Shown: piece after piece, positions 1-12,392 of the stretch
Position numbering within the stretch: the first letter of the stretch is position 1
How the letters are laid out: each line of letters opens with the position of its first letter
NCBI GenBank assembly: GCA_030704615.1
Contig: CM060733.1
Location: forward strand, 63,488,001-63,552,000
DNA length: 64,000 nt
Reading direction: 5' to 3'
DNA from: Takakia lepidozioides
Lineage: Eukaryota > Plantae > Bryophyta
The notes under the pieces: model-generated
What the model saw: the letters and a program-made list of their open reading frames with translations, nothing else
Told to the model about the DNA's origin: nothing
The model's database searches: none
Program-made: the position numbers and the translations under genes

Positions 1-822
1 ACCTTTTGCCTCTGTTCCTGTCTACTTGGACTTCACAGTTTTCCTTTTCCTGCACGTGCCATTCCATTGTCAGTGAGTAATGTGCAAATAAGTGAACGTC
101 CGTACCGACCATCACTCTGTCTCCTCTCAAATCACAGTGAATGGCGGCAACCGACATTCACAACAATCTACAAAACCAAAGCTGATCCAGACGAATGCAA
201 ACCAAACATATGACTACAAAGTGATGGTCGGTAACCACACGACAATCACTATGTTTTTTTGGGCAAACATGTACACTAAGGTTCTGAGCATTAGCGAACG
301 GCGTTAACGACAATGCATTTTGACATTGCATTTGAAGGACGTGCTGGATCGGTTTGGTGCAATGAAATATATGTCTAAGTGATTGGCGGCACCGACACCC
401 AGTCTAGTTCAGGGCAGAAATTGAGTGTAGATAAGTCAGAGAGACCTCCATTGTGATGATCATCACAAAACCAATCACTGTTTTCTTGTCTGTCTCGAAC
501 GTACTTTCCAATCGATACTCTACATGAATCTACAGTATGGTCGCCAAAAAATGATTGGCGGTACCGCCTCCACTTCCTAATCTGTTCAACACTGAAACAT
601 AGAAAATGCAATGCAAGCACGACTAACTAACTGAAATATGCCGACCATCACTTTCTACCTCCACCCCCCAGGTACATAAAGCTCATGAGGAGAATCGATG
701 GCATTAACGACAATCCCCAGCACTACACTAGAATCAAATGCCGACAATCACATGTTCCTGCTACAGAATGAAAAAGAAGGAGTGTTTGAAAGGCATCAGA
801 CGACTCCTACGATCTGAAGAAC

Positions 823-1447
823 AGTGAATGCGGTATACCAGTCACAAATTGCTGGTGTGGAAAACCATAAACATAGGAGTACAAAGCAAATCAACGTGGC
901 TTCATAGTGAATGGCGGTACTGATAGTCACAAACTGCAGGTTGTGGAAAACCATAAACAGAGGAGTACAAAGCAAATCAGGATGGCTTCATATGTGAATG
1001 GCGGTACCACTAGTCACAAACAGTTGGTGTGAAAACCATAAACAGAGGAGTACAAAGCAAATCAACATGACTCATAGTGAATGGCGGTACCACCAGTCAC
1101 AAACTGCTGGTTGGAAAACCATAAACAGAGGAGTAACAAAGCAAATCAACATGGCCCATCAAGTGACCTGCGGTACTCTACCAGTCACAAACTGCTGGTG
1201 TGGAAAACCATAAACAGAGGAGTACAAAGCAAATCAACATGGCTTCATAGTGAATGCCGGTACCACCAGTCACAAACTACTGGTGTGGAAAACCATAAAC
1301 AGAGGAGTACAAAGCAAATCAACATGGCTTCCATAATGAATGGCAGTAACCACCAGTCACAAATGCTGGTGTGGGAAAACAACATAAACAGAGGAGTATA
1401 AAGCAAATCAACATGGCTTCATAGTGATGGTCGTACCGACCATCACT
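823..1447. repeat. Tandem array, ~85-bp unit, ~7 copies, each carrying an imperfect palindrome
   Basis: Unit AGTGAATGGCGGTACCACCAGTCACAAACTGCTGGTGTGGAAAACCATAAACAGAGGAGTACAAAGCAAATCAACATGGCTTCAT recurs at about 823, 906, 992, 1076, 1162, 1248 and 1335. The array ends in the palindrome AGTGATGGTCGTACCGACCATCACT (1423-1447). Confidence 0.95.
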
Positions 1448-2731
1448 TCTAGGACATTGCACTCACTCTCTTCGTAGATCTTTAAAACAGGAAATGGAAG
1501 GTAGAGACACTTACTGGCGCCTTCTTAGGTTTTGAATTTGGATCCCCTTCTAACAGCTTTCCTCTCTTCCCTTTTCTCATCTGCTGGAATTTCTTTTGCT
1601 CTAGGGTTTGTAGACCTTCTCCCGGATCAGCGTTCCCCGGACTTCCACCTCCTTCAGTTTCCCTGCGAATCAGCTCTGCTTCCACAGTCTGGTTTCCAAT
1701 GCTCATGTTCTCTCTGACTGTGTGACAGCTGCAGCCTCATTCTCGGTCTGCTCTTGTGTTGCAGTCTCCGCGTTCACCTACTGCCTTGGCCCTTTGTTCT
1801 CCATCAAGCGACGCCTCGTCATTTGCTCTCTTTGCTCTGAGTCTCTTCTTTCTAAGGGAAGTAAAATAGAGTGACTTCCTTCTCTTTTCGAATCGTAGAA
1901 GAAACCCTCTCCAGCTTTACTACCTCTCTCCCTCTAAGTGCGGAAACTTGAAAGACAAAGTGAGTTGCGTGCGTGCGTTGGGATTGCTTCTAGAAGCATC
2001 GGATTCCCTGTCGCATGACCGTTACACAAATGTCGCTCCTTTATTAGTGCACCTGCCAGCCATTAGTGGACAGCTGTTCGTCCGCAATGTAGTAATCGAT
2101 GTCTGACGCATGTCGCCCAAAATGAACGGCGTGTCGTTTATTTGAACGGTTTCAATAATTGAAAATAACAGCGACAGATAATATAAATAAATACCACATT
2201 GCATATAAACAACGACTGCTCAACCTAAAACCAATGGTCTGACTGCTCAGCCTAAACTAAAATGCCTATGCCATCATAACCTTGCCACCGTGGAATAAAA
2301 TATATGGGCCATCTGGCGCACAATCTCAGACAAATAAATGTAAATGAACGAGTGTTTGATGACATATTTTGGATATCATACACATTCATCCTTGTAATCC
2401 AACCCCATGTACGTTTCACAGTTTGGACTTTCCAGGTGCGCATGATCATTGGTACTAGTATAACGATGCATTTACTTCAGGTTCCGAGAAGTCGGCTCTG
2501 AACAGCTACCGAAATTGCTCCTAGGGATACTCTGTCTACCGGGGCAAACAAAAAAAGTAATTAAAATGGACTTCTGCATGTCTGGAGGAATAACAGAATG
2601 TGCACAATCATCGTGTGAGCTTTCTCCACGATATTCTCTGCTCATTCTTCAACAGTGTACTGGAGACCTCAGTCAACAGATTTCACTGAAGAGCTGCGAT
2701 AGCAAGGCATCTTCGTACTAGAGGAGAGAAG

Positions 2732-4124
2732 ATGGCTTCCTCTGAAGCGGAGTTCTTTTCTGACAACAAACCAATGCCGTTCTCCAAGGAAGCCCTTGAC
2801 AATGGATTCGCTATTGTCCTGGAACATGTCTTGTCTACCCGGTTTGAGCTTCAGAATGGCTCTATCTTTTTGGAGAAAGAGGTGTACGATTTGGAAGGGA
2901 AGTTGTTGAAGTACTCTTTCCAAAACCGTGATGAGACGGCTCATGTCAGCCAGTGGAGAGTGCGCCCTGGTCGATACAGAGTACTTGGAGAACCTCGGCG
3001 GAAGTCCCTTGGATCATATGTGACGCCCGGGACTGCTGCTTCAGTTGTTGAAGACAAGAAGGAGATGGTGGTGAAAAAAGAGCAGACGTCCTCCACTCCA
3101 ATCGTTGAGCTTTTGGATTCGTCCGATGATGACATAAGTGAAATTCCAAATCTAGGCCTTCATACTGTAGTTGGGGAAGCGGATGAAGATTGCATTTGTA
3201 GTGTCATTCCAAAATTGCGGGTGATGGGAGGAATGACAGTTTCAAAAGTGAGTTGCGAGGAATTCATTGGGAATCTTTGAAGCAGGTACCTGTGAAGTTC
3301 CTGCCAGAGACTTTTGATGGCGATATCCTATTCGAGCTGCCTCCTCCTCCGCGAGTTGGAGGTGTCACAATCATGATGCATGGAATGGACAAACACGATG
3401 GGCACCCGTGGTGCAGAACAAAAACATCCAATATTCAAAATGATGACAAGCTTGTTTTCTAGAGAACAGTTTGCAATGGACACCTTAGGTGTGATAATTT
3501 GAATTGCAGACACTTTCTTTAGTCTGGGGCTCACAATCAAAGCGAGTGGGAGGGTCTGGCGGAAAATCCATTTAAGCCTGGGACTGCCCCTCCACCGGCA
3601 AACACTTTCATTTGCAAATTCTACAAACTTGTGCCATCCTGCCTGGCGCTGTGCGGAGCAAGAATGTACTATGTTGTCCACCGTTTGAAAACAATGACAA
3701 GAGCTTGTGTGCATTTCGGTTTCCATAACCATCCTATCTCGAAGGGGGATTACAGGGAGAGTGTTGAGACAATATCGACGTTGATTAAACAAGAGTACAA
3801 GAGAAACCCATCCGCAACAACATCTGCAATTGCTCTTGGCGTAAGCAAGTCCTTCTTGGAAAGCCATATTTTGAGTGAAGGGGATTCTGTGGGGACTTAA
3901 CTTGACAGCAGGTCAATTTCCCCAATTGCACATGTCCTGATTTTGTGAATATGCTATCAACCAGTTTGGGCAAGAGAGGTAAATTCATACCCTGCAAACA
4001 TTTGTATTTCATATTTTTGAAGAGGATGGTTTGCGATCCCAAACATGACAACTTCGTTCACTAGGCCACTCTAAGTTTCAACGAGGTCGATACTCTATTG
4101 CAGCGGGATACAACACATAGGTAG
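2732..4124 (+). mobile_element. Degenerate Mutator-like (MULE) transposase remnant with a Cys/His-rich N-terminal region and a SWIM zinc finger
   Basis: Broken frames read DGHPWCRTKTSNIQ...VCNGHLRCDNLNC...CVHFGFHNHP, then after a junction near 3900 PNCTCPDF...PCKHLYFIF (SWIM CxCxnCxH, ~3921-4010). There are in-frame stops and frameshifts, and no DDE core is visible. Confidence 0.6.
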
Positions 4125-6261
4125 CATCAACTATGCAATGTGGTATGTGGACAACCATGCTATGAAATGTCCAATTTGCAACATTCATGGAAATTCAATT
4201 CAAATCAATTCGTTTGCAACATCGTCGGCGGTGCAATGATATGGGCATCCCTTATCCCTCCATTATGCTTCCAACTATACTGAGTGAGCTCTGAGTGACA
4301 ACTTTTATAAGCACATGCATCATTGCACCGTTCGAAGTCTACATGTCTTCCTGTCGCTATGCACTGCAATCATCTTTTGAAGATGATCCTAACTCTCATT
4401 GTTATTTGGGGAGGGACTCTGGTCTTCTCGTGGCAGCCTCTATGGCGCACACTTTGTGAGGATATTTTCTAATCTTCGTAATTGTAAAAGTGAAAGAAAC
4501 ATTTGTAATTGCACAATGTTGGATGCTACAATTGTAGGCCTCATGGTAGTCTTGATTGTATTCAGCCAAGGATTCCCTGCATTAATCCCACGGTCATAGG
4601 ACCATCCTCGGTTTATAGGCGACGCATGTTAGTGTTGACGTGGCTGATGACGGCGCAGTGCCACATCATCATTTGCCGCCACATCAGTCTGCTGACATGA
4701 CGCTCATGCCACGTCAGCATGGGTGCAGGCTCATGCCACGTCAGCTGGCGTGAGCGTACGCTCGCGTGCTCACGCGCAAGGCTCACGCCATTGCGTCGTT
4801 GGTATCCTCCTTGTATATAGGTGGAATTTGAGCTGATGAGGGGTGACGTACGTCCCAGCTCCGTAGCCTGCTCCATTGTAGCTGGGTGGCATTGCTCGTT
4901 GCCTTGGTGCGAGGTAGAAAATCTCCTCACCATAGGTGCGTCCATTGGGGGCGACGACGGTCTAGAGGGGTGCTCCATTTTTTGCAGCACATAGCACTGC
5001 GCATTTGGAAAGACTGTATTCAGGCTGGAACCATCATAGACTTGAGACTTATAATTTGTTGTCCACCAGGGGCTGGAGGCATGAAAGTTGAAGCTTAAAA
5101 GCTGGTGTCTGATGTGGCTTGAGAATCGCGTTGGGGGGTGTGACGTTAGAGTGTTGCCTGTATACCCGGTCTGAGTAGTCATAACCAACCATAGGGGGGG
5201 CTGAGTCGATGAAGGCTCACCTGTTGCATGGTGGGTCATTGACTGATAGAGAGAGGGCGTGTGGAAGAGCTTCACCTGGAAAACTGGGGGGTGTCCATTG
5301 GCCATAGTGAGGAGCAAGATGAGAGTTGCATCATGGAGGAAAACATACGGCGTATGATGATTCGTGCTGTCATAGTGTTGCGCATTGCGCAGGCTTGCGG
5401 AGGGGCTTGCCGGGGTCCAGAAGCGCCTGGCCCGCTGAGAGGGAGGTCGCAACAAGCTCGTGTTCAAAATGCACCCGAAAGACACAAGGAAGAGAAATGA
5501 AAAAGTACTAGAAAAAGACGTAGATAAGAATGAAAAGCTTAGAAGAGACGCCAGGAGCAGGGCGTGTAAAGCATAGAGATAACAGCTTGGGGCAGGGCCC
5601 CAGCGCTGCGCTGCAGAGGGGGGAGAGATAAGCTTGGCCATGGCGGCGAGCGGAGCTAAACTTAGATAGAGCTTAAAAAGGCGGAGCCTCTAGAATAGGG
5701 GGGTAAAAGGTACGGAGGGGAGAGAGGATATAGTAGAACCCTAGAAGATAACCATGACTACGGACTTTGGCTGAGAGAGTGGTGAGAGGGCGGAGCTCCG
5801 CCCCCATGCAATCGTGGCTCGCACCTGGGGAGGAAGGGAAGTTGGGATGGCGCAGCAGTACTGCAGAGCTGCGAAGGGGAGTTAATAGCCGCCAAGGGAA
5901 AGGGACCAGGGGGGGGAAGACGGCGCTAGACGCATGCAGGAAGATAGATTGACATGCATTAGTCCAGCAAAGTAGGGTTAATCAAACCCGAGTTCCAGTG
6001 ATGAGTGTACAAGCAAGATTAGGACTTGCCGCACAGGGAGAAGATAGAGGGGAGGGAGGTAGAGACTAGAGACAAAGGCGGCGGGCCTTCAAAAAAACTC
6101 ATTATTCCTATTGTCTTCCGTTTGAAAAAAAATAAAAAATACATTATACGTCTTGAGGTTGAGCCTCAAGCCAAGGACATTAGCTCAAGCCATAGCCTAT
6201 AGAATCTCTACCTATGTTTCTGGAATATTCCGCTCAAGTCTCAAGCCCTGCGGGTCCTAAC

Positions 6262-6765
6262 CAGTGTTGGACTGGTATCAAGTTTTTTACATACCAGTCC
6301 GGTCCTGGTTACCAGGCGTATCACAAAGTTTTCATACCAATCTGGTCTATATAATGGTGGATGTATATTTGTCCAAATATTGGTATTAGTATGAGTATCA
6401 TGACCACAATACCAGTTGGTATGAGGTATCAACTCTGGTATCATCCTTTATGTGTATTGTATTTATTTTCACTTGATATTTGCTATTTGATAAACTTGTA
6501 ATTCAAAGATGGCTTTAGAAGTAAATATACATAAATACAAATGTATAGGCAAATGTACACATAAATTAATATGGTACACATACCAGAGTAAATGAGGTAG
6601 ACTGCGGGGGAGTACTGGTATTGTGGCTTGGTATGAAAAAACTGATACCGTCTGGAATATGACCAAGTATTCTCCCAAACGATACCAGACTGGTCTGGTA
6701 TCTAATACCAGTGCATATACCAGTACTTTATACCAGTCCTTCACCTATATACCAGTCCAACACTG
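6262..6765. mobile_element. Non-autonomous hAT element (MITE), 504 bp
   Basis: TIRs CAGTGTTGGACTGGTAT...ATACCAGTCCAACACTG. Perfect 8-bp TSD GTCCTAAC at 6254-6261 and 6766-6773. Many internal TGGTAT/ATACCA motifs. Confidence 0.92.
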
Positions 6766-7418
6766 GTCCTAACCATGATGGCCGTTTTGGGATTGCATAC
6801 ACAATTGAACACTAGACTTGTTGAGGCTTTCTGTGCTGCCTGCGCTGTGTGTCCGATCTAGGTCGGGTCCATTCTCGCTTGCACACTCGTGATACAGGTT
6901 AGAAGACAAACACAGATTACTCGCTCAGACGACGGCGAGGAGATGACCAAGACGTAAATTTTTGACATGTGCTGGGAAGTGCAGTGGCAAGGCTTCCAGA
7001 GCGGCCACCCTCTTCTTTCGGTGACGGAGAGAGAGATGATGTGTCCCTGGAAAGAACAGAAGCCCAGAGACGAACAAAATGTGGCAGCAAATGATAGTTC
7101 ACAGCTATGCGTGATCCTTGAAGCTGGACGATCGTTTCCATATGTAGAGGAGTCTGCTGTGGCAATCGTTTCTTCAACCGGGGTTGCAAGTACACGGACC
7201 AAAACACATCTTTCTCTTTCTCACTCGCCGGCGGGGATGGCAGCATCTTCCCGCGTTTGCCTGCACATGCCCACTCCATACGCAAGGCATTGTCCTCTCG
7301 CTTCGGTCATGCGAGAGTCCTCGCGTCAGGCAGCAGACTAAAGGGCTGGGTTGTGGAGCTGAAAGCTGCATCCCCCTTGGCAATGCGCAGAGGACAGAGT
7401 CCCGTGCATATGGCGGCT

Positions 7419-8241
7419 ATGGCGCCTTCAGGGATGCCATTCAAATTAGGTAATAATACGAAACACTTCGCGGTTTCCTTTTTTGGGGTCGCTGTATTGT
7501 ATGTATGCGCCGTCGGATCCAGGCTCCGAATTGTCTTTTGCGCAATTCAGCAAAAACGAATGTACTGTGGGCAAAGAAGCAAGAAAGCGCACGGGATCAT
7601 TAGACTGGTGATCGATAACTGGTGATAATTGGTATATCTGGCGCGTAGGTCAATGCTGGAGCATGGAACTGCGGTGGCAGGAGTTCCTTAAAGATCCTTC
7701 ACAATGGTGGGACAGTAGCCTTGACACGGTGAGCTTTCTTCATGTATGATGAGAAGGAGTCCGAGGGAGTTTGACTGCACTCTTGAATGATCGTATTGTG
7801 TGGACTGGATTGTACCCCTAGTTGTTGAGTGGAGTTAGAATCTCGCTTTGCTCTGCAAAGACTGCTTTTACTGCCCGTGTAGCAGGATGTTCTGCCTGAG
7901 CAGGGCATGAAAGTAGGAGGCACAAGCTTTTCCCTGTGGCTGCTCAGCTGCTCCTTGGTGGTTTTCACAGAGCAGTCCAAAATCTCCAGACTACAGACAT
8001 AAACTGGCTTAGCATCAGTGTACGTTTGGACGTGTTCGACTGTTCCTCATTGTGTACAGTCCAATGGAGCCCAAAGTGACTTGCATGATGAAAGCTCCCT
8101 AGCACTCCTCCATAAAGCAACTTGTCAAAATGTTGATGCTGTGGGATTTTCGGGCACAAAGGGCTACTGTGGAGCATGGAGCAGAGCTGGCAAGATTTTC
8201 TTAAAGCTCCTTCACAATGGTGAGACAACCGCAATGGCAAG
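7419..8241 (+). pseudogene. Degenerate upstream exons of PPR gene A encoding OSB-type PDF motif 1 and the first half of motif 2
   Basis: The exon ending at 7728 reads WQEFLKDPSQWWDSSLDT|GTGAGC. Exon 7971-8241 begins CACAG|SSPKSPDYRHKLA* and ends WQDFLKAPSQW*DNRNGK|GTGTGG (TGA at 8221-8223). Confidence 0.7.
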
Positions 8242-8392
8242 GTGTGGCTTTCTTAATGTAAGACGTGAAGAAGTTTGTCCATTCTGCAAAAATGTAGGCT
8301 CTTCCTGTTGGTATCATGATTTGGTATTTTTCCTGGTGTTTACAAGGTGCTTGGGAGGGTCAGTGTGGTCTTAGGAGGCCGAGTTTAAATCT

Positions 8393-11300
8393 ATGGCTGC
8401 TCAGCTGCACCGCGGTGGTTCTCCTTACAGACCAATCCAAGATCACCTGACTACAGACACAAGCAACACACCCAAGCAGTCCTTTTGGGTTGATGGTCAG
8501 TTGAATCCGCCATGGGTGAAAGAAAAGCTAGCTACCTTCATGACACAAGTTCAAGGACAATGTGGTGAGGGCACCTTCTTCTTCAACACATTTCAGATTG
8601 TTTCCTCTCTTATAAGAGTCATCCCTATATCGTGTTGAATTCTGCAAGCTGGTTGGGTGGATCTCTGGTGGTTTGGAGACATTTTCACATGTTACTGTTT
8701 CAGCAGGAAAGTATCCAAAAACAAATAACAAAGACGAGGAGAAGCTTTGGAATGAATATTTTTCCGACCCCAGTCAATGGAGGAACAATCGGGGAAAAAA
8801 GGTGAATGCCTGATAGATTACAGAGAGAAGCAGACAACAAGATGCATTGCAAAGCTTTTTAAAGCACATTTTAACAGTCTTGGGAGCAATTCAGCATCGG
8901 AGCTAGTGTGTGATAAGTAGGGTTGGGGTGTTTGCTAGAACAAATCTAGGCTCTCATTGTTAGCTGCTAGCAGCATGGTGAGGATCTATACATGACTAGT
9001 GCAGAGGCAGGGATAGCTGAAGGAGCAGGGATAGAGTGTGGGTCCAGATTCATCCAAGAGGGCCGGATTTCAAGCAGCACAAGATTTTGTCTGATTTCCT
9101 GTGGATTGATGGCCACAAGAAACCTTCATGGGTAGATGGTCAACTGGAAGCAGCAGCAGCGGTGGCAGCACAGTTGATAAAATCAGGCACCTCGACCATG
9201 ACCACAGCTTCCGAAAGACGACCAAGAGAGCGAGTCCACAAAGCCTCTTCTGGCACCTCTGGGCATGTGAGGATGCTATGTGAGGCAGGGCGACTGAAAG
9301 AGGCTCTGCAGACCTTAAACCAAGGAGGCATTTCAGCAGATTCGGATACTTATGTCTGTCTCTTGCATAAATGCATCAAGATGAAAGGCCTGGAAGCTGG
9401 AAAGCAGGTGCACACTCACATTATCCAACGTGGATTCAAGCCAAACATGTTTCTACACAACACCCTTGTCAACATGTATGTAAAGTGCGGGAGCATCGGG
9501 GACGCTCACGAAGTGTTCAACAGAATGCCTCAACGATGTTTGATCACGTGGAATATAATGATGGCAGGATTTACCAAGCATGGGTGTGGTAGGAATGCTT
9601 TGGAGACATACGACCAAATGATACAGGAAGGGGTGAAGCCCAACCACATCACGTTTGTTTGTGTTTGCAATGCATGTGCAAGCCTGGCATCCCTGGAAAA
9701 GGGCAAAGAGGTCCATGGTGACATCGTCAAAGTTGGAATTGTACCAGATGTCATTCTGAACACTGCGCTGGTGGACATGTATGCCAAATGTGGTTGCATC
9801 GAGCAGGCGAAGGAAGTGTTCGACAATATGGCTGAACGAAATGTGGTGTCATGGAACGTGATGATCGCAGGCTATGCACACCAGGGGCGCAGGATGGAGG
9901 CTTTGGAGACCTATGATCAAATGATGCGGGAAGGGGTGAAGCCTGACCACATCACGTTTGTTTGCGCTTGCAATGCATGTGCGAGCCTGGCAGCCCTGGA
10001 AAAGGGCGAAGAGGTGCATGGTGACATTGTCAAAGCTGGAATTGTACCAGATGTCATTTTGAACAATACCTTGGTGGACATGTATGTCAAATGTGGGTGC
10101 ATCGAGGATGCAAAGCGAGTGTTCCATCATATGGCTGAACGAGATGTGGTGTCATGGAATGCGATGACCGCAGGATATGCACAGCAGGGGCGCGGGATGG
10201 AGGCTTTGGAGACCTACGAGCAAATGATGCAGGATGGGGTGAAGCCGAACCACATCACGTTTGTTTGCATGTGCAATGCGTGCGCAAGCCTGGCAGCCCT
10301 GGAAAAGGGCAAAGAGGTGCATGGTGACATTGTCAAAGCTGGAATTGTACCAGATGTCATTCTGAACACTGCCTTGGTGGACATGTATGCCAAATGTGGG
10401 TGCATCGAGGATGCAAAGCGAGTGTTTGACAACATGGCTGAACGAAATGTGGTGTCATGGAGTGCGATGATTGCAGGATATGCACAGCAGGGGTGCGGGA
10501 TGGAGGCTTTAGACACTTATGAGGAAATGATGTGGGAAGGGGTGAAGCCCAACCACGTCACGTTTGTTTGCATTTGCAATGCGTGTGCGAGCCTGGCAGC
10601 CCTGGAAAAGGGCAAAGAGGTCCATAGTGACATCATCAAAGCTGGAATTATACCAGATGTCATTCTCAACACTGCCCTGGTGGACATGTATGCCAAATGC
10701 CAGAGCATTGACAATGCAAAGGGTGTTTTTGACAATATGGCTGAACGAAATGTGGTGTCGTGGAGCGTGATGATCGCAGGATATGCACAGCAAGGGCGCA
10801 GGATGGAGGCTTTGGAGACCTATGATCAAATGTTATGGGAAGGGGTGAAGCCCGACCACATCATGTTTGTTTGCGTTTGCAATGCTTGTGCAAGCCTAGC
10901 AGCCCTGGAAAAGGGCAAAGAGGTCCATGGTGACATCATCAAAGCTAGAATTGTACCAGATGTCATTCTGAACAATACCCTGGTGGACATGTATGCCAAA
11001 TGTGGGTGCATCGAGGATGCAAAGCAAGTGTTCGACAATATGGCTGAACGAGATGTGGTTTCGTGGAACGCGATGATCGCAGGATATGCCCAGCATGGCT
11101 GTCATAGGGAGGCCTTGCAGTTATTTGAAGGAATGCAATTGGAAGGATTCAAGCCGGATAGTATCACCTTTATATGTGTTCTCTCTGCTTGCAGCCACGT
11201 TGGCCTACTCGATGAAGGGAGACGCTACTTTGCTTCCCTGAGTCCAGATCATGGTGTCACTCCGACAGTAAAGCACTTCGGCTGCATGGTGGACCTTCTT

Positions 11301-11978
11301 GGACGTTCAGGGCAATTGGATGAGGCAGAGGACCTCATTAATAAAATGCCAGTCAAACCAGATCCTGTGGTGTGGAAGGCCTTGCTTGGTGCCTGCAGAG
11401 TCCATGGCAATGTGGAGATGGCTGAACGTGCAGCAACATCCATTCTCAAGTGGGATGAGCAGGATGCTGTGACTTATGTGTTGCTATCAAACATCTATGC
11501 CACAGCTGGCAGGTGGGATGATATTGCAAAGGTGAGAAAAATGATGAAGGTCAGAGGGGCTAGAAAGGAGCCAGGTCGCTGCTGCATTGAGGTTGGCAAC
11601 AGGGTGCACACCTTCGTTGTAGATGACAAGTTGCATCCCAAAATTAAGGAGATCCATGCTGAGCTGAGAAGATTGTCTAGGCAGATTAAGGAGGCAGGGT
11701 ATGTGCCTGACACGCACTTTGTATTGCATGATGTGGAGGAGGAGCAAAAGCAATTTTCTCTTTGCCACCACAGTGAGAAGCTGGCCATCGGTTTTGGGCT
11801 GATCAGCACAGCGCCTAGGACGCCTCTCCGTCTTATCAAGAATCTTCGGGTGTGTGGTGACTGCCACACCTCCACCAAGTTCATCTCAAAGATTGTTGGC
11901 CGTGCCATTGTTGTCCGGGACGATAACCGTTTTCACCACTTTGAAGATGGGGTTTGTTCTTGTGAGGATTATTGGTGA
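8393..11978 (+). CDS. PLS-class PPR-E1-E2-DYW C-to-U RNA editing factor with an N-terminal OSB-type PDF motif (gene A)
   Basis: Main exon 9048-11978: L-S + 5x(P1L1S1) + P2L2S2, E1/E2, KEPG box, HSEKLA, CGDCH, C-terminal DYW. Plausible in-frame GT-AG model 8393-8564, 8707-8801, 9048-11978. The true start is uncertain. Confidence 0.93.
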
Positions 11979-12392
11979 AACGATGTTTTTCTGGAAAGGT
12001 GCAGGTGTCTTGCTTCATTCATTGATCTGTGTAGCTACTCAGTTCATCCTCCATTTCCTGAGAATATCGACCATGATGTACTGTTGAGAAATGGGAGTGG
12101 GATCTACCCAGTGTAGGTGGGAAGTCAGCACTTGTCTGGAGCAGGTAATGAGGGGAGGGGGGATTTTGACTCAACTCTGGTGATAGTGGAAGGAGATCAG
12201 ATTGCTGTACTAATTTTGATGTGGGCGGTGGAGGTTCTCCAAAGCTTGAACATGAAAGTGAATACGATTCGTAATGAGCTTGATTAGTGGGGCAGCTTTG
12301 TGCATTCAGCATCTTAAATTTGGACATGTTTGTATGTTTCTTGTGGTGCTGCTTCAGATAGAGCCCTTGACTAACTCGCATGGATGGGTAAT

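Larger units (their letters stand above)
7304..12233 (+). repeat. Copy 1 of an inverted segmental duplication (partner 31872-37452)
   Basis: By-eye homology runs from CGGTCATGCGAGAG (~7304 vs ~37452) through the upstream exons, introns, PPR exon and 3' flank (GGGGGATTTTGACT...GGTGGAG, ~12233 vs ~31872). Confidence 0.88.

Noticed and set aside
91-1447. CRISPR-like array (palindromic repeat with spacers)
   Set aside because: Eukaryotic context, no cas genes, irregular spacing and identical spacers in the tandem part.
4613-5641. 342-aa minus-strand ORF
   Set aside because: No recognisable domain, low-complexity composition and a TE-rich context. It ends in short GCCACGTCA repeats.
9036-9047. 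GTG/TTG starts given by the ORF track for the PPR genes (9036, 35709, 57100)
   Set aside because: These lie in intron 3' ends just before AG acceptors. The reading frames continue from upstream exons.
9140-11908. Many antisense and alternate-frame ORFs over the PPR genes
   Set aside because: Shadows of the 303-bp repeat structure with no independent motifs.
11560-11978. U-to-C (DYW:KP-type) editing domains
   Set aside because: All four domains have a PG box, HSEKLA, CGDCH and a DYW end, the canonical C-to-U type.
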